The notes under the pieces were generated by a model. It worked only from the letters and a program-made list of their open reading frames with translations, did not search any database and was not told the DNA's origin. The translations under genes and the position numbers were made by a program. From Thermodesulfobacteriota bacterium (GTDB lineage Bacteria > Desulfobacterota > Desulfobulbia > Desulfobulbales > SURF-16), in NCBI GenBank assembly GCA_039715015.1, contig JBDLIE010000007.1, forward strand, positions 1 through 64,000: a stretch of DNA of 64,000 nt. The letters are read 5' to 3'. Shown here piece after piece: positions 10,588-20,728 of the stretch (position 1 is its first letter; each line of letters opens with the position of its first letter).

Positions 10588-11610
10588 ATGACCCCTCATC
10601 ATTTTCATACCATTATAATCGGGGCAGGACCGGCCGGATTAACCTGTGCCCGAATCCTGGCGGCCAGGGGCAAACGGGTTCTGGTCTGCGAAAAAAACAA
10701 AATAATAGGTCCGAAAATCTGTGCCGGGGGCGTAACCTGCTCGGGCCTGAGCCAGGCCATACCCAGCCGACTCGTTGAAAGACAGTTCCCCATCCAAAAT
10801 GTTTCATCCTCCTTCCAAAAAACGAGGCTGAGAGCAGCAGAGCCTATGGTTTCCACGGTTAACAGGGGGGACCTGGGGAAATGGATGACTGAAACAGCGG
10901 TTGAGGCCGGAGCAGAAGTTGGAACCGAAACCATTGTTCAAAAAATAACTTCCACCGAGGTCATTACCAATAAAGGCGTATACAGTTTTGATTTTCTGGT
11001 GGGTGCAGACGGCTCAAACTCTTTTGTGCGCCGCTTTCTCAACCTGCCCACCGAGAAAATGGGCGTGGGCATACAATACCATATCCCAATCTCCATGCCC
11101 GACATGGTATGGCACCTTGACCCTCAACAATTTAACACCGGGTATTGCTGGATTTTCCCCCAGGCCCAAAGAACCTCTGTTGGCGCCTACTGCTTTCGCC
11201 GAGATATGTCTCCAAAGACCCTAAAAAGACGTCTCCACTCCTGGTTGGATAGCCATGAAATTAAATATCATAGTATCAAACCAGAGGCTGCCAATATCAA
11301 TTTTGATTACAGAGGTTGGAATTTTAACAATATTTTTCTTGCTGGCGATGCCGCAGGTCTTGCTTCCGGTTTGACTGGTGAAGGAATCCTGCCGGCCATT
11401 ATTTCCGCTGAAGAAATTGCTGCAACTATCCTTGATTCCGGCCATCAGCCGATACGACTGAGCAGGCTTATTCGAAACCATAATCGTCATACCCGCCTGC
11501 TTTTACTGGCCGGCAAAAACAAATTTGCCTGCCAACTCATCATGGAGAGCCTGATTTTGGCTCTCAAAATGAAGATTATTCCCTTTTCCGCCCTTGAAAT
11601 GGCACATTAG
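10588..11610 (+). CDS. Geranylgeranyl reductase-family FAD oxidoreductase
   Basis: GAGPAG Rossmann motif, KICAGG, GADG, GYCWIFP, AGDAAG...GEGI; start taken at ATG 10588. Confidence 0.85.
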   Translation: MTPHHFHTIIIGAGPAGLTCARILAARGKRVLVCEKNKIIGPKICAGGVTCSGLSQAIPSRLVERQFPIQNVSSSFQKTRLRAAEPMVSTVNRGDLGKWMTETAVEAGAEVGTETIVQKITSTEVITNKGVYSFDFLVGADGSNSFVRRFLNLPTEKMGVGIQYHIPISMPDMVWHLDPQQFNTGYCWIFPQAQRTSVGAYCFRRDMSPKTLKRRLHSWLDSHEIKYHSIKPEAANINFDYRGWNFNNIFLAGDAAGLASGLTGEGILPAIISAEEIAATILDSGHQPIRLSRLIRNHNRHTRLLLLAGKNKFACQLIMESLILALKMKIIPFSALEMAH

Positions 11611-11620
11611 GAAGCATACC

Positions 11621-11902
11621 ATGACAGATCTAAAAAAGAAGAACACCCTGATTTACAACATCCTTTTTATCGTTGTCGGCGGCGGCCTTCTCCTCTTTCT
11701 CCTCCGCGCCCCAGAAGAGAGCACAGCCCGTATTCCCTATGATGACGACCACAGCCGCTTCTACAGTATGGGCAAGAAAGAGGCGGAGAAATTCTGCGAG
11801 TCCTGCCATTTCCCAGAAGGAGATATGCCTTTACCTGAAAACCATCCGCCTAAATACCGCTGCCTCTTCTGCCATAAGAAAGTAGAAACCAATGGCCGAT
11901 AA
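11621..11902 (+). CDS. Small membrane-anchored diheme cytochrome c
   Basis: N-terminal TM helix, CESCH and CLFCH heme motifs, extra His residues as possible distal ligands. Confidence 0.8.
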   Translation: MTDLKKKNTLIYNILFIVVGGGLLLFLLRAPEESTARIPYDDDHSRFYSMGKKEAEKFCESCHFPEGDMPLPENHPPKYRCLFCHKKVETNGR

Positions 11903-12368
11903 AGAAAGCTTCCAAATAACCCTGGCAAATTTAGAGCAGACCATAGCCTTTGGCTGCCATATCGGGACCGTGGCCCAGGCAGGTGATATCATCTTGCTCA
12001 ACGGTGATCTCGGTGCCGGTAAAACCACTTTGACCCAGGCCATCGGCAAAGGGCTAGATGTTAAGCCCAGCTGTTATATCACCAGCCCCACCTTCAGTCT
12101 TCTCCATGAATACCCTGGCAGGCTCCCCCTTTACCATATGGACCTCTACCGTTTAGCAGGTGAGGAAGAGATAGAGGAGCTTGGTTTTGAGGAATACATC
12201 TATGGCCAAGGCCTCACTGTTATTGAATGGCCAGAACGGCTCGGTGACCTCATGCCAAGTAATTATCTTGAAATAGAAATTATTGCCCCGACCCCTGACA
12301 GCAGGGTTTTCACCCTAACCGCCCATGGCAAAATGTGTCCGCGGCTTGCTGATTTTTCCGCACTCTAA
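11892..12368 (+). CDS. tsaE: tRNA threonylcarbamoyladenosine biosynthesis ATPase
   Basis: GDLGAGKTT, SPTFSL, HMDLYRL, IEWPE. Confidence 0.96.
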   Translation: MADKESFQITLANLEQTIAFGCHIGTVAQAGDIILLNGDLGAGKTTLTQAIGKGLDVKPSCYITSPTFSLLHEYPGRLPLYHMDLYRLAGEEEIEELGFEEYIYGQGLTVIEWPERLGDLMPSNYLEIEIIAPTPDSRVFTLTAHGKMCPRLADFSAL

Positions 12369-12568
12369 GGTTCTCATTCTCCCCTTAACGCTTTCACACC
12401 CCATTCTTCTTCTCCCTCTTCGGCTCTTTTCCGGCCTAAGATAGGTTCGCATCATCAACCATGTTAAAGAAAAATTTGACTTCCCTTTTCTTCGGATGAA
12501 ATAATTAGGCACGTCTGCCTATAAACCTTGGGAGATAAAGGTGAAACGTTAGCCCGGCCGGAGCTGAG

Positions 12569-12868
12569 ATGACATCTTTTGAACAAAAAAAACGCCACAG
12601 CAGCTTTCACACTATCAACCCATGTCGACCTTTGCGGGCATTGATGAAGCAATCAGAAGACTTGCTGAACTTATTAAACAAATTAAGCTTGATACAAATC
12701 TCTTCGCCCTATATTAGTTGTTCGGGAAGGATTGAACAATGCTGTTATCCACGGCAACAAATGGATGCTGGAGGCGGCAAAGTAAAGATAGTCAATATAT
12801 CAAAAGATATTATGCAACTATCTCTCATAATGAGGCTGGAAAACCACTTCACCCTCCACAGGCAATAA
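12569..12868 (+). pseudogene. Frameshifted RsbW-like anti-sigma kinase fragment joined to a STAS-like C-terminus
   Basis: Frame 1 MSTFAGIDEAIRRLAELIKQIKLDTNLFAL, frame 3 ILVVREGLNNAVIHGNK (N-box), frame 2 GGKVKIVNISKDIMQLSLIMRLENHF. Confidence 0.65.
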
Positions 12869-12891
12869 TCAGGTGAATGTGGTTATTTTTT

Positions 12892-13287
12892 ATGAAGATA
12901 TTAATAGCAGAAGATGATTTTATTGCCCGGAAGGTCCTCTCCAACTTCCTGACTAAATATGGACAAATCGATGTGGCGGAAAATGGCCAGATGGCCCTGA
13001 AACTTTTTTCAGAGAAACTCAAGATAGGTGAAGGGTATGATCTCGTGTGTCTGGACATTATGATGCCGAGATTAAATGGTCATGAAGCTCTGAAAGCCAT
13101 ACGCCGGGTTGAAAGCCAACAGGACTCCGAAACCATAAAGCGGGCCAAGGTTATTATGACCACGGCCTTAGATGACTCCCAGAATATTCTCAAGTCCTTT
13201 AACAACCAATGTGATGGCTATATAACCAAGCCATACTCGTGGGATAAGCTGGAGACAGAGATGGAGAGAGTTCTCCACTCTGGATAA
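12892..13287 (+). CDS. Single-domain CheY-like response regulator
   Basis: MKILIAEDD, LDIMMP, MTTA, YITKP. Confidence 0.92.
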   Translation: MKILIAEDDFIARKVLSNFLTKYGQIDVAENGQMALKLFSEKLKIGEGYDLVCLDIMMPRLNGHEALKAIRRVESQQDSETIKRAKVIMTTALDDSQNILKSFNNQCDGYITKPYSWDKLETEMERVLHSG

Positions 13288-13370
13288 ATTGTAATCAGCA
13301 GAAACAGTAACCATTCATGTGCGTCATTATGTAATGGTAAGCTAGGGGCAAATCGTCCCTACGTTTTTTC

Positions 13371-15134
13371 TTATTTCGACAAGATCCTTTCCCTATAAGA
13401 ATTCAAAGTCTCTGCAAACTTGTCTTTGTTAATGGGCTTGGTCAAGAAATCATCCATCCCGGCATCATAACAACTCTGTTCGTCTTCCTTGCGGGCGCTG
13501 GCTGTTAAACCGATAATAGGAATCCTCTTACTCTCTCCACACAGGCTTGCATATTTCTCCCGTTCCTCTGCTGGCCTTTCTTCAATCTCACGGACCTTTT
13601 TCGTCGCTTCCAAACCGTCCATATTGGGCATCTGGATATCCATCAGGACAAGATCAAATTTTGCTGATTTCAACTGTTCTAAGGCCTGTAGGCCATCACC
13701 GGCCACCTCAACCTCACAACCCTGGCGCTGAATAAGGAGCCGGGCAAGTTTTTGGTTAACCAGATTGTCTTCCACCAGAAGAACAGAAATTACACGGCCA
13801 TCATCAATGATATCGGGAGATTCTGCAGAAGCCTCCTTTTTACGGGCAGCTGCTGCATCCCCACTTATTTTGCTTAAAGGAATAATAGAGCGAAAAACAG
13901 ATCCTTCGCCCTCGGTGCTTTCCACGGCAATCGTGCCGCCCATAAGCTCAATAAGCTGACAACAAATTGAAAGCCCTAACCCGGTGCCACCATATTTTCT
14001 GGTCGTTGAGCTGTCAGCCTGGGTGAATTTTTCAAAAATTGCGTCGAGCCTGTGGGCAGGGATACCGATCCCGGTATCATGAACCTCAAAAACAACCTCG
14101 TCTTTGCCCTCACCCTTGCCGGTTTTCAGATTAATATCTACGGAGCCGTTCTCGGTAAACTTCAGGGCATTGCCAACAAGATTTATAAGAATCTGGCGGA
14201 GACGAACTTCGTCACCCTCGACAAGTTCAGGAAGGGTGGAATCGATATTAACTGTGATAATATTACCATGGCTAGAGGCCTGGGCAGCCAGCATCTCGCT
14301 CACACTGCGGGCAAGATCATTCAGACGAATAATATCGGCAGCAAAATCCAACTTGCCGGACTCAACCTTAGCAAGGTCCAAAATATCATTAATAAGAACA
14401 AGAAGGCTATCTGCTGCATTACTTATTGTCTGGATAAAATCACGTTGTTCTTCATCAAGATCAGATTCAATGAGCAGACCAGAAAAACCGATGATCGCAT
14501 TCATCGGCGTGCGTAGCTCATGGCTCATATTGGCCAAAAACTCGCTTTTTAATCTGCTGGCGTCCTCAAGTTGTTGATTTTTCTCACGCAGCTCCTTTGT
14601 TTGTCTTGAAATCTCCCCTTCAAGCTCTTTGGCGTATTCTTTTTCCTTCTCCTGGAGAAGAACATACTGGTCATGGTTGTCATCAATGAGTTGGGCATGC
14701 AGCTTTTTAAGAACCACAATGTGCCGACGAAGCTGTTTTGACTCAAGAAGTGCTTCATCTCTTTGTTGGTGATCCAAAACAAGCTGGAATGAATTTGCAT
14801 AAAGCCGAGAAAGGACCGGATCAGCACATATATTGCCTGATTGCGTAGCGAGAGTAAAAACCAAGACATCTGGAGCATCTACACAGAATGCATAAACCCA
14901 TTGCCCCTTAGCGGTTTTAACACTGACAATTCCACCTTTATCCAGAGCCTGTTTAAGTAAATCACCGAGCACTTCGTTGGTTTCATCAGACATGTCACCG
15001 ATCACACCGCCCCCCTCTTTGACAAGAGCAAAGGTGGTGTCGGGTAACACTGAAGTAAACTCCCTAAGAAGAGCTACGCCTTCCTCATCAGCGTCTACAA
15101 GGTCGGCAAAAACATTTTCAAACAAATCGTCCAT
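13371..15134 (-). CDS. Cytoplasmic hybrid histidine kinase (HisKA-HATPase-REC)
   Basis: [32 protein letters not shown]-terminal receiver MDIQMP; no TM segments seen. Confidence 0.93.
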   Translation of the reverse strand: MDDLFENVFADLVDADEEGVALLREFTSVLPDTTFALVKEGGGVIGDMSDETNEVLGDLLKQALDKGGIVSVKTAKGQWVYAFCVDAPDVLVFTLATQSGNICADPVLSRLYANSFQLVLDHQQRDEALLESKQLRRHIVVLKKLHAQLIDDNHDQYVLLQEKEKEYAKELEGEISRQTKELREKNQQLEDASRLKSEFLANMSHELRTPMNAIIGFSGLLIESDLDEEQRDFIQTISNAADSLLVLINDILDLAKVESGKLDFAADIIRLNDLARSVSEMLAAQASSHGNIITVNIDSTLPELVEGDEVRLRQILINLVGNALKFTENGSVDINLKTGKGEGKDEVVFEVHDTGIGIPAHRLDAIFEKFTQADSSTTRKYGGTGLGLSICCQLIELMGGTIAVESTEGEGSVFRSIIPLSKISGDAAAARKKEASAESPDIIDDGRVISVLLVEDNLVNQKLARLLIQRQGCEVEVAGDGLQALEQLKSAKFDLVLMDIQMPNMDGLEATKKVREIEERPAEEREKYASLCGESKRIPIIGLTASARKEDEQSCYDAGMDDFLTKPINKDKFAETLNSYRERILSK

Positions 15135-15979
15135 TATTCTTCACTGTACAGGTCTTCTGCTTTTTCTATCTCAGAGGGCAAATCTTTGATAAGAACCTTA
15201 TAATCAGCCATTCTGTCTTTCATATGGGAGTTCAGGTATGCAGGCAAAGGGTCCTGCCGTCCTTTAACAGCACCATATTCGAGGCGATTGGCGATATATT
15301 CAGCAATTTGCACGATACTTGTGACGGAAGGAACATCGTAGACGTTTTCATGATCATGATGCTTCTTAATGGCTTCCACCACCTCCTCGGGCATATTCCA
15401 AGCGAGGACCAAAAAACTTCCCACTCGACAATGGTTGGTTTCGATGATCTCATCTTCATACTCGGTAATAATTTTATCACCGGAGATATAGCGCTGACTT
15501 ACATCACGCAACTCCTGCCCGGTTAACTGGTCTTCTATGATCAGGCCGATATCATGGATGATACCGGCAAGGAACTCATTCTCACCACCCAAACCGAAAA
15601 CACGCTCGGCAATCATTCTTGACACGATGGCTACTGTGGCAGAGTGTTTCCATAGCTGTTTCCTTGAAAAACCTGATTCATCCTCTTCATCTTTAAAAAG
15701 AGTGCGGATGGCCTCAATGGCAACCAGGTTTCTGAGATTCTTCATGCCGAGATAAACTAAGGCTTTGGAAATAGACTCCACCTTGTTAACCAGTCCGAAA
15801 TATGGACTGTTAACGAGTTTCAAGAGACGGACAATAAGAATTGGATCAAGCTTAATGATTTCCTCAAAATCCTGAATGGAAGCTGAGTCGGAATTCATGA
15901 GTTGAGTCACGCGGATGGCGACATGGGGGAGTGTCTGCAGGTCAGTAAACTGCTGAACAAGACTTCGTGCTGTAGGCAT
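15134..15979 (-). CDS. HDOD domain protein
   Basis: LPHV, DPIL...[22 protein letters not shown]-x2-P...HH. Confidence 0.9.
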   Translation of the reverse strand: MPTARSLVQQFTDLQTLPHVAIRVTQLMNSDSASIQDFEEIIKLDPILIVRLLKLVNSPYFGLVNKVESISKALVYLGMKNLRNLVAIEAIRTLFKDEEDESGFSRKQLWKHSATVAIVSRMIAERVFGLGGENEFLAGIIHDIGLIIEDQLTGQELRDVSQRYISGDKIITEYEDEIIETNHCRVGSFLVLAWNMPEEVVEAIKKHHDHENVYDVPSVTSIVQIAEYIANRLEYGAVKGRQDPLPAYLNSHMKDRMADYKVLIKDLPSEIEKAEDLYSEE

Positions 15980-16020
15980 GGCTTTAAGAGGCGTCGGGCT
16001 TGTATATATCTAACAAGCGC

Positions 16021-16347
16021 CTATTTTAAGGTGGAAATCGAACTGACAAGATCCTCAAGGAAGGGTACAAGGTCAGATGCTGAACCCAGATCGTTCCCAA
16101 GGCCAGCCTTCTCCAGGTCGCGGGCAAGCACCCTTAATTTTTCGACCCCTAGACTGGCTGCAGCCCCTTTGATGCTATGGGCAGCTTCACCCATTATCTT
16201 TGCATCACCCTTTTTTAGACCTGCCTTAATTTTTGCCAGATCATTGGCCGTGGATTCCTGTAAAAGAACGAGTAACTCGCCAAGGAGTTCTTCATCCTCT
16301 CCAGCCTGCTCCAAGGCAAAATCCCGATTCCATTGCAGATCAATCAT
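16021..16347 (-). CDS. Hpt phosphotransfer protein
   Basis: AAHSIKGAAASLG Hpt motif. Confidence 0.9.
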   Translation of the reverse strand: MIDLQWNRDFALEQAGEDEELLGELLVLLQESTANDLAKIKAGLKKGDAKIMGEAAHSIKGAAASLGVEKLRVLARDLEKAGLGNDLGSASDLVPFLEDLVSSISTLK

Positions 16348-16546
16348 AATAATTTTCTCATACACTTTTTTAAGATACTGAAAGGTCGATTAATTAAATT
16401 TTATAACCACTTAAAACAATAGCAAAACCATGACAAAGGGAGATAGAAATATTTTACTTTTTCCTGGAATGCAGCTTCATGCGGGAACATGAACCGTCAT
16501 CACCCCTGATTCAAAAAAAGAGATTCGACAGTAAGAAAAGAGAAAA

Positions 16547-17143
16547 TTAGAATTTGCAGGGAAGTGCTTCTAGATCAAAAACACCGCGCCGCAACAACAG
16601 AGGTTTACCCTTGTCAATGCCAACCAGAGTGGAGCCAACACCACCCGGCGTTACCCCTCCGTCGATTATATAATCAAGACCTGAGGGGAATTGCTCCTCT
16701 ACCTCTTTTGCTGAACAGGCCGGCGGCGCCCCGGAACGATTTGCACTTGTCGCGGTTAAGGGATGGCCACAATACTTAACAAAATGTTGGGCAACAGGAT
16801 GAGGCGACATGCGAACCCCAACCGTATGGGTCCCGGCGGTCAGGCGCTGAGACAAACCAGCTCGGGCCGGGAAAACAAGGGTTATCGGTGCCGGCCATAG
16901 TTTTATAAGAGCTGAAAAACAGGGAGGAACGGTTTCAGCCAGGGTCAAAAGCTGATCCAAATGAGAGATAAGGGTAAGGAGGGGTTTATGGCTCGGTCTT
17001 TTTTTGAGCCGGTAGAGTCTATCCAACGCTGCTTCGTTGAATGGATCCACCCCGAGACCGTAATAGGTCTCGGTGGGGAAGGCGACAACACCACCCTGTT
17101 TGATGACAATTGCCGCCTCCTGCAAAACCTGGGAAGGTACCAT
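16547..17143 (-). CDS. tsaC: L-threonylcarbamoyladenylate synthase (TsaC/YrdC)
   Basis: PTETYYGLG, KKRP..KP, TSANRSG, STLV. Confidence 0.92.
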   Translation of the reverse strand: MVPSQVLQEAAIVIKQGGVVAFPTETYYGLGVDPFNEAALDRLYRLKKRPSHKPLLTLISHLDQLLTLAETVPPCFSALIKLWPAPITLVFPARAGLSQRLTAGTHTVGVRMSPHPVAQHFVKYCGHPLTATSANRSGAPPACSAKEVEEQFPSGLDYIIDGGVTPGGVGSTLVGIDKGKPLLLRRGVFDLEALPCKF

Positions 17144-17149
17144 AAAGAT

Positions 17150-17647
17150 TTAGACGTTAAGATTACGCGCCTTCTCATCCACCTGGGCAGCCATTTCAGC
17201 TTTAAAACCCACAAGTTTCTGGGCCATTTCCGCATCCGAAACAGAAAGGATCTGGCATGCAAGAATAGCAGCGTTTTTGGCCCCAGCCTTACCTATTGCC
17301 ATGGTGGCAACAGGTATACCAGGGGGCATCTGGACCGTGGCCAAAAGAGCGTCCATTCCTTTTAATGAGGAAGAATCGATGGGCACGCCGATCACCGGGA
17401 TGGTGGTGTGGGCTGCCAAGACGCCGGCAAGATGAGCTGCCATGCCAGCACCGGCGATAATGACCTTCACTCCACGTTCGCGGGCTGTCTCAGCAAACTC
17501 AGCCGCCCGGGCAGGAGTGCGATGGGCCGATGCCACGGTTATTTCGTATTCAACATCCATTTTCTTCAAAAAATCTACAGCGGCCATCATGATGGGAAGA
17601 TCAGAATCACTGCCCATAATAATGCCTATTTTACTGTTTTCTGCCAT
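17150..17647 (-). CDS. purE: N5-CAIR mutase
   Basis: MGSDSD, SAHRTP, AGMAAHL, QMPPGIPV. Confidence 0.97.
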   Translation of the reverse strand: MAENSKIGIIMGSDSDLPIMMAAVDFLKKMDVEYEITVASAHRTPARAAEFAETARERGVKVIIAGAGMAAHLAGVLAAHTTIPVIGVPIDSSSLKGMDALLATVQMPPGIPVATMAIGKAGAKNAAILACQILSVSDAEMAQKLVGFKAEMAAQVDEKARNLNV

Positions 17648-17661
17648 TTTCTTATCCCCTA

Positions 17662-18939
17662 CTATGACTTACGGCGCAGGGCCTTTTGCCCGATATCGCG
17701 CCTAAAATAACAATCCTGCCAGTCAATCATATCAACAACGGCATAGGCCTTGTTGATTGCATTCTCCAAATCCTCATCAATTGCCGTCACCCCAAGAACG
17801 CGTCCTCCTGTATTTGTCACTCCATTATTCCCAGCGGCTGTGCCTGCATGGAAAACAACGACGTCCTCTTGCTCGGCAGCCTTATCAAGACCATTAATAG
17901 TATATCCCTTGTTATAGGAGCCTGGATATCCACCCGAGGCCATGACCACGCAAACGGTAGAGCGAGGATCAATATCCAGACTTATTGAAGAAAGGCTGCT
18001 GTCAATGACCGCCTCAACCACGTCAACCAAATCATTCTTCAGACGCATAAGCAGGGGCTGGGCCTCAGGGTCGCCGAAGCGGCAATTAAACTCAAGCACC
18101 TTGGCCACTCCGTCACGTACCATCAAACCGGCATACAGCATGCCCTTATAGGGACACCCCTCAGCAGCCAGGGCCTTGACCGTGGGCAGCATGACGTTTT
18201 CCATGACCTGGTCATGGATCTCCTGGGTCACCACCGGAGCAGGAGAGTATGCTCCCATACCGCCGGTATTGGGGCCGGTATCGCCTTCATAAACGGCCTT
18301 ATGGTCCTGGGATGTTGGCAGGGGAAGCACGGTCTCTCCATCCGTAAAGGCAATAAAGGACGCCTCTTCACCCGGAAGAAATTCTTCAATGATGACCTCA
18401 TTTCCAGCGTCACCAAAGGCACGCTCTGTCATCACCAGATCCACCGCCTCCTTGGCCTCTGAGAGCTGCTGGCAGACCAGAACGCCCTTACCGGCAGCCA
18501 GGCCATCGGCCTTGACAACCAAAGGGGCGCCAATCTTCTCAACATAGGCTATGGCCTGGTCGCGATCAGTAAATGAAGCGTATTGGGCAGAGGGAATATT
18601 ATACTTGGCAAGAAGGTCTTTCATAAAAACCTTGCTACCTTCCAGGGCAGCAGCATTCTTGCCAGGCCCGAAAATCCGCAATCCAGCATCCTGGAAAATA
18701 TCAACAATGCCTAAGGTCAGTGATACTTCAGGCCCAACTAAGGTCAAATCAATACCAGTGTCCTTGGCAAAAGAGAGAAGCCCGTCCATATCCTCGGCTG
18801 ACACAGGCACACATTTGGCCATGCCTGCGATACCGCCGTTTCCAGGAGCACAGAAAATTTCCTTTACCTTGGGGCTTTGCGCCAATTTCCAGACCAGGGC
18901 ATGCTCACGCCCTCCAGATCCAACCACCAATACCTTCAT
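17662..18939 (-). CDS. purD: Phosphoribosylamine-glycine ligase
   Basis: GSGGREHAL, KADGLAAGKGV, GPNTGGMGAYSP, EFNCRFGDPE. Confidence 0.98.
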   Translation of the reverse strand: MKVLVVGSGGREHALVWKLAQSPKVKEIFCAPGNGGIAGMAKCVPVSAEDMDGLLSFAKDTGIDLTLVGPEVSLTLGIVDIFQDAGLRIFGPGKNAAALEGSKVFMKDLLAKYNIPSAQYASFTDRDQAIAYVEKIGAPLVVKADGLAAGKGVLVCQQLSEAKEAVDLVMTERAFGDAGNEVIIEEFLPGEEASFIAFTDGETVLPLPTSQDHKAVYEGDTGPNTGGMGAYSPAPVVTQEIHDQVMENVMLPTVKALAAEGCPYKGMLYAGLMVRDGVAKVLEFNCRFGDPEAQPLLMRLKNDLVDVVEAVIDSSLSSISLDIDPRSTVCVVMASGGYPGSYNKGYTINGLDKAAEQEDVVVFHAGTAAGNNGVTNTGGRVLGVTAIDEDLENAINKAYAVVDMIDWQDCYFRRDIGQKALRRKS

Positions 18940-19150
18940 TCATATTCTCCTAACCAGGGATTAACAAAATCCAGACATACTTCTGTCACTGAAATTACAA
19001 AATAAAAACCACCCGATTTTCAGTTCAAGACATTCCGGGTATTTTTTTCTTCACAAAAACATTGGCCCACATTAACCAAGCCCCACCGCCACTGTCAAGA
19101 AAGAGTCATGTTCGGATGCCATCTTGACCATCACCACAACGACATTTTGC

Positions 19151-19179
19151 TTGACACAAGCCCACTGCGTATCTATCAT
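19151..19179 (+). promoter_or_regulatory. Sigma70-type promoter of the TetR gene
   Basis: TTGACA-17 bp-TATCAT. Confidence 0.75.
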
Positions 19180-19189
19180 ACGAGCCAAA

Positions 19190-19205
19190 ATGAATAACTA
19201 TTCAT
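19190..19205. promoter_or_regulatory. Putative TetR operator
   Basis: Palindrome ATGAATA-AC-TATTCAT just downstream of the predicted transcription start. Confidence 0.65.
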
Positions 19206-19392
19206 ATTAGCTCTTTTTTCAACACTAATCTTTCTTGCTGAAATCCCTGCGATAATGATTTCAGCCTGCTGTCTGCCAACGGCATCTGTAGAGATACCAG
19301 AACTGATAACAGATTAATTTCAAGGAGTTTTCCTTCTCTCTTCTGTTTTGATTGCCAAGGGCTTTAGAGGGTAGAAACACCGTGCATATAAA

Positions 19393-19989
19393 GTGATGCG
19401 AGTCTCAGACAAACATAGCAAGATCACCCAAGCAGCTGTTAAAGTCTTTGCCAAGAAAGGTTTCTTCAATGCTCGAATTTCCGATATTGCCAAAGAGGCC
19501 AAGGTAGCAGACGGCACCATCTACCTCTACTTCAACAACAAGTATGATATCCTGATCTCCCTGTTCGAAGATGAGATTGGCAAAATCATTCTTCAGGTCA
19601 AACTCCTCCTGGAAAAAGAGGATGATCCCTGCAAAAAACTCCATATTTTTGCCAAACATCACCTTCTTCTTCTTGAGGGGAAAAAAGACCTGGCCGAGGT
19701 CTTGCAGATGGAGCTTAGGCAGAGCAATAAGTTCATGAAAGAGTACCGCAACACCAAGTTCATTGAGTATATTGACATTATCTCCACCATTATCCACCAA
19801 GGTCAGGATATGGGAATCTTTAACCGGGACATTTCACCAGGCATCGCCAAAAGGGCTATTTTTGGCGCCTTGGATGAGATGTCCAGGCTGTGGGTCCTCG
19901 ACGATGATCCACATTACACCATTGAACAGACGGCCAATCAGGTCTGTTCTCTCTTCTTAAGCGGCCTTAAGAAACCTTCCATACACTAA
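19393..19989 (+). CDS. TetR family regulator (FadR/YsiA-like)
   Basis: HTH ISDIAKEAKVADGTIYLYFNNK; C-terminal ELRQS and FGALDE typical of FadR-like TetRs. Confidence 0.9.
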   Translation: MMRVSDKHSKITQAAVKVFAKKGFFNARISDIAKEAKVADGTIYLYFNNKYDILISLFEDEIGKIILQVKLLLEKEDDPCKKLHIFAKHHLLLLEGKKDLAEVLQMELRQSNKFMKEYRNTKFIEYIDIISTIIHQGQDMGIFNRDISPGIAKRAIFGALDEMSRLWVLDDDPHYTIEQTANQVCSLFLSGLKKPSIH

Positions 19990-20073
19990 AATCCTTCCCA
20001 AAATCATACCTGGCAGTCCAGGGCACACTGACGGGCAAAATTTGCTGTAAAATTCACTCTCATGCCTTGAAAT

Positions 20074-20108
20074 AAAAAAAGGGAGGATGCCAAGGCATCC
20101 TCCCTTTT
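20074..20108. terminator. Bidirectional terminator between the convergent tetR and greA genes
   Basis: AAAAGGGAGGATGCC-AA-GGCATCCTCCCTTTT. Confidence 0.9.
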
Positions 20109-20133
20109 CATGGTCATCGATTAGACGCCATCA

Positions 20134-20619
20134 TTAAGGAATATCACCGGAGCTTATCTCGACAATCTCCAGATTCAGGACCTTCTTAGGGGTCTTCACC
20201 ACCACCTCATCGCCCTCTTCCTTACCTATCAAAGCCCGTCCCCAAGGGGACATCACCGAAATACTGCCATTTTCCACATTGGCCTCATCAGCGCCAAGCA
20301 GTAAATAGGAGACTTCATCATCTGTGTCAAGGTCCACCACAGTCACCTTGGTTCCAAACACCACGGTCTCCGTATCCACTTTAGTGCAGTCAATCACTTC
20401 AGAACGGCCAAGCTTATCCTTAAGCTCAAGAATACGCCCTTCAATATGGCCCTGGCGATCCTTGGCAGCGTGGTACTCGGCATTCTCTTTAAGATCGCCA
20501 TGACCAAGTGCCACTTCAATGGCCTTGATTACCTCAATCCGATCTTTACTTTGCAGGCGCTGAAGCTCTTCCTTAAGCCGAGCATGACCTGTTTTTGACA
20601 TGGGTATGCGTTCTACCAT
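20134..20619 (-). CDS. greA: Transcription elongation factor GreA
   Basis: HGDLKENAEYHAAK, VVFG, SPWGRALIGK. Confidence 0.96.
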   Translation of the reverse strand: MVERIPMSKTGHARLKEELQRLQSKDRIEVIKAIEVALGHGDLKENAEYHAAKDRQGHIEGRILELKDKLGRSEVIDCTKVDTETVVFGTKVTVVDLDTDDEVSYLLLGADEANVENGSISVMSPWGRALIGKEEGDEVVVKTPKKVLNLEIVEISSGDIP

Positions 20620-20728
20620 TACACCTTCCTCCAGGTATTATCAGACCCATTTCCGGTCTTTATCTTTTTTACGTTCATCTCAGCCAACCAGTGCGGTCAG
20701 ATAATTCATTCAGACCAGCATGCTTCAC

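Noticed and set aside
12569..12868. The 99-aa ORF as an intact gene
   Set aside because: Better explained as a multi-frame relic of RsbW-like and STAS-like genes.
16421..16436. Sigma54-like sequence TTGTCATGGTTTTGCT upstream of the Hpt gene
   Set aside because: Lacks the invariant GG and the spacing is one base short.
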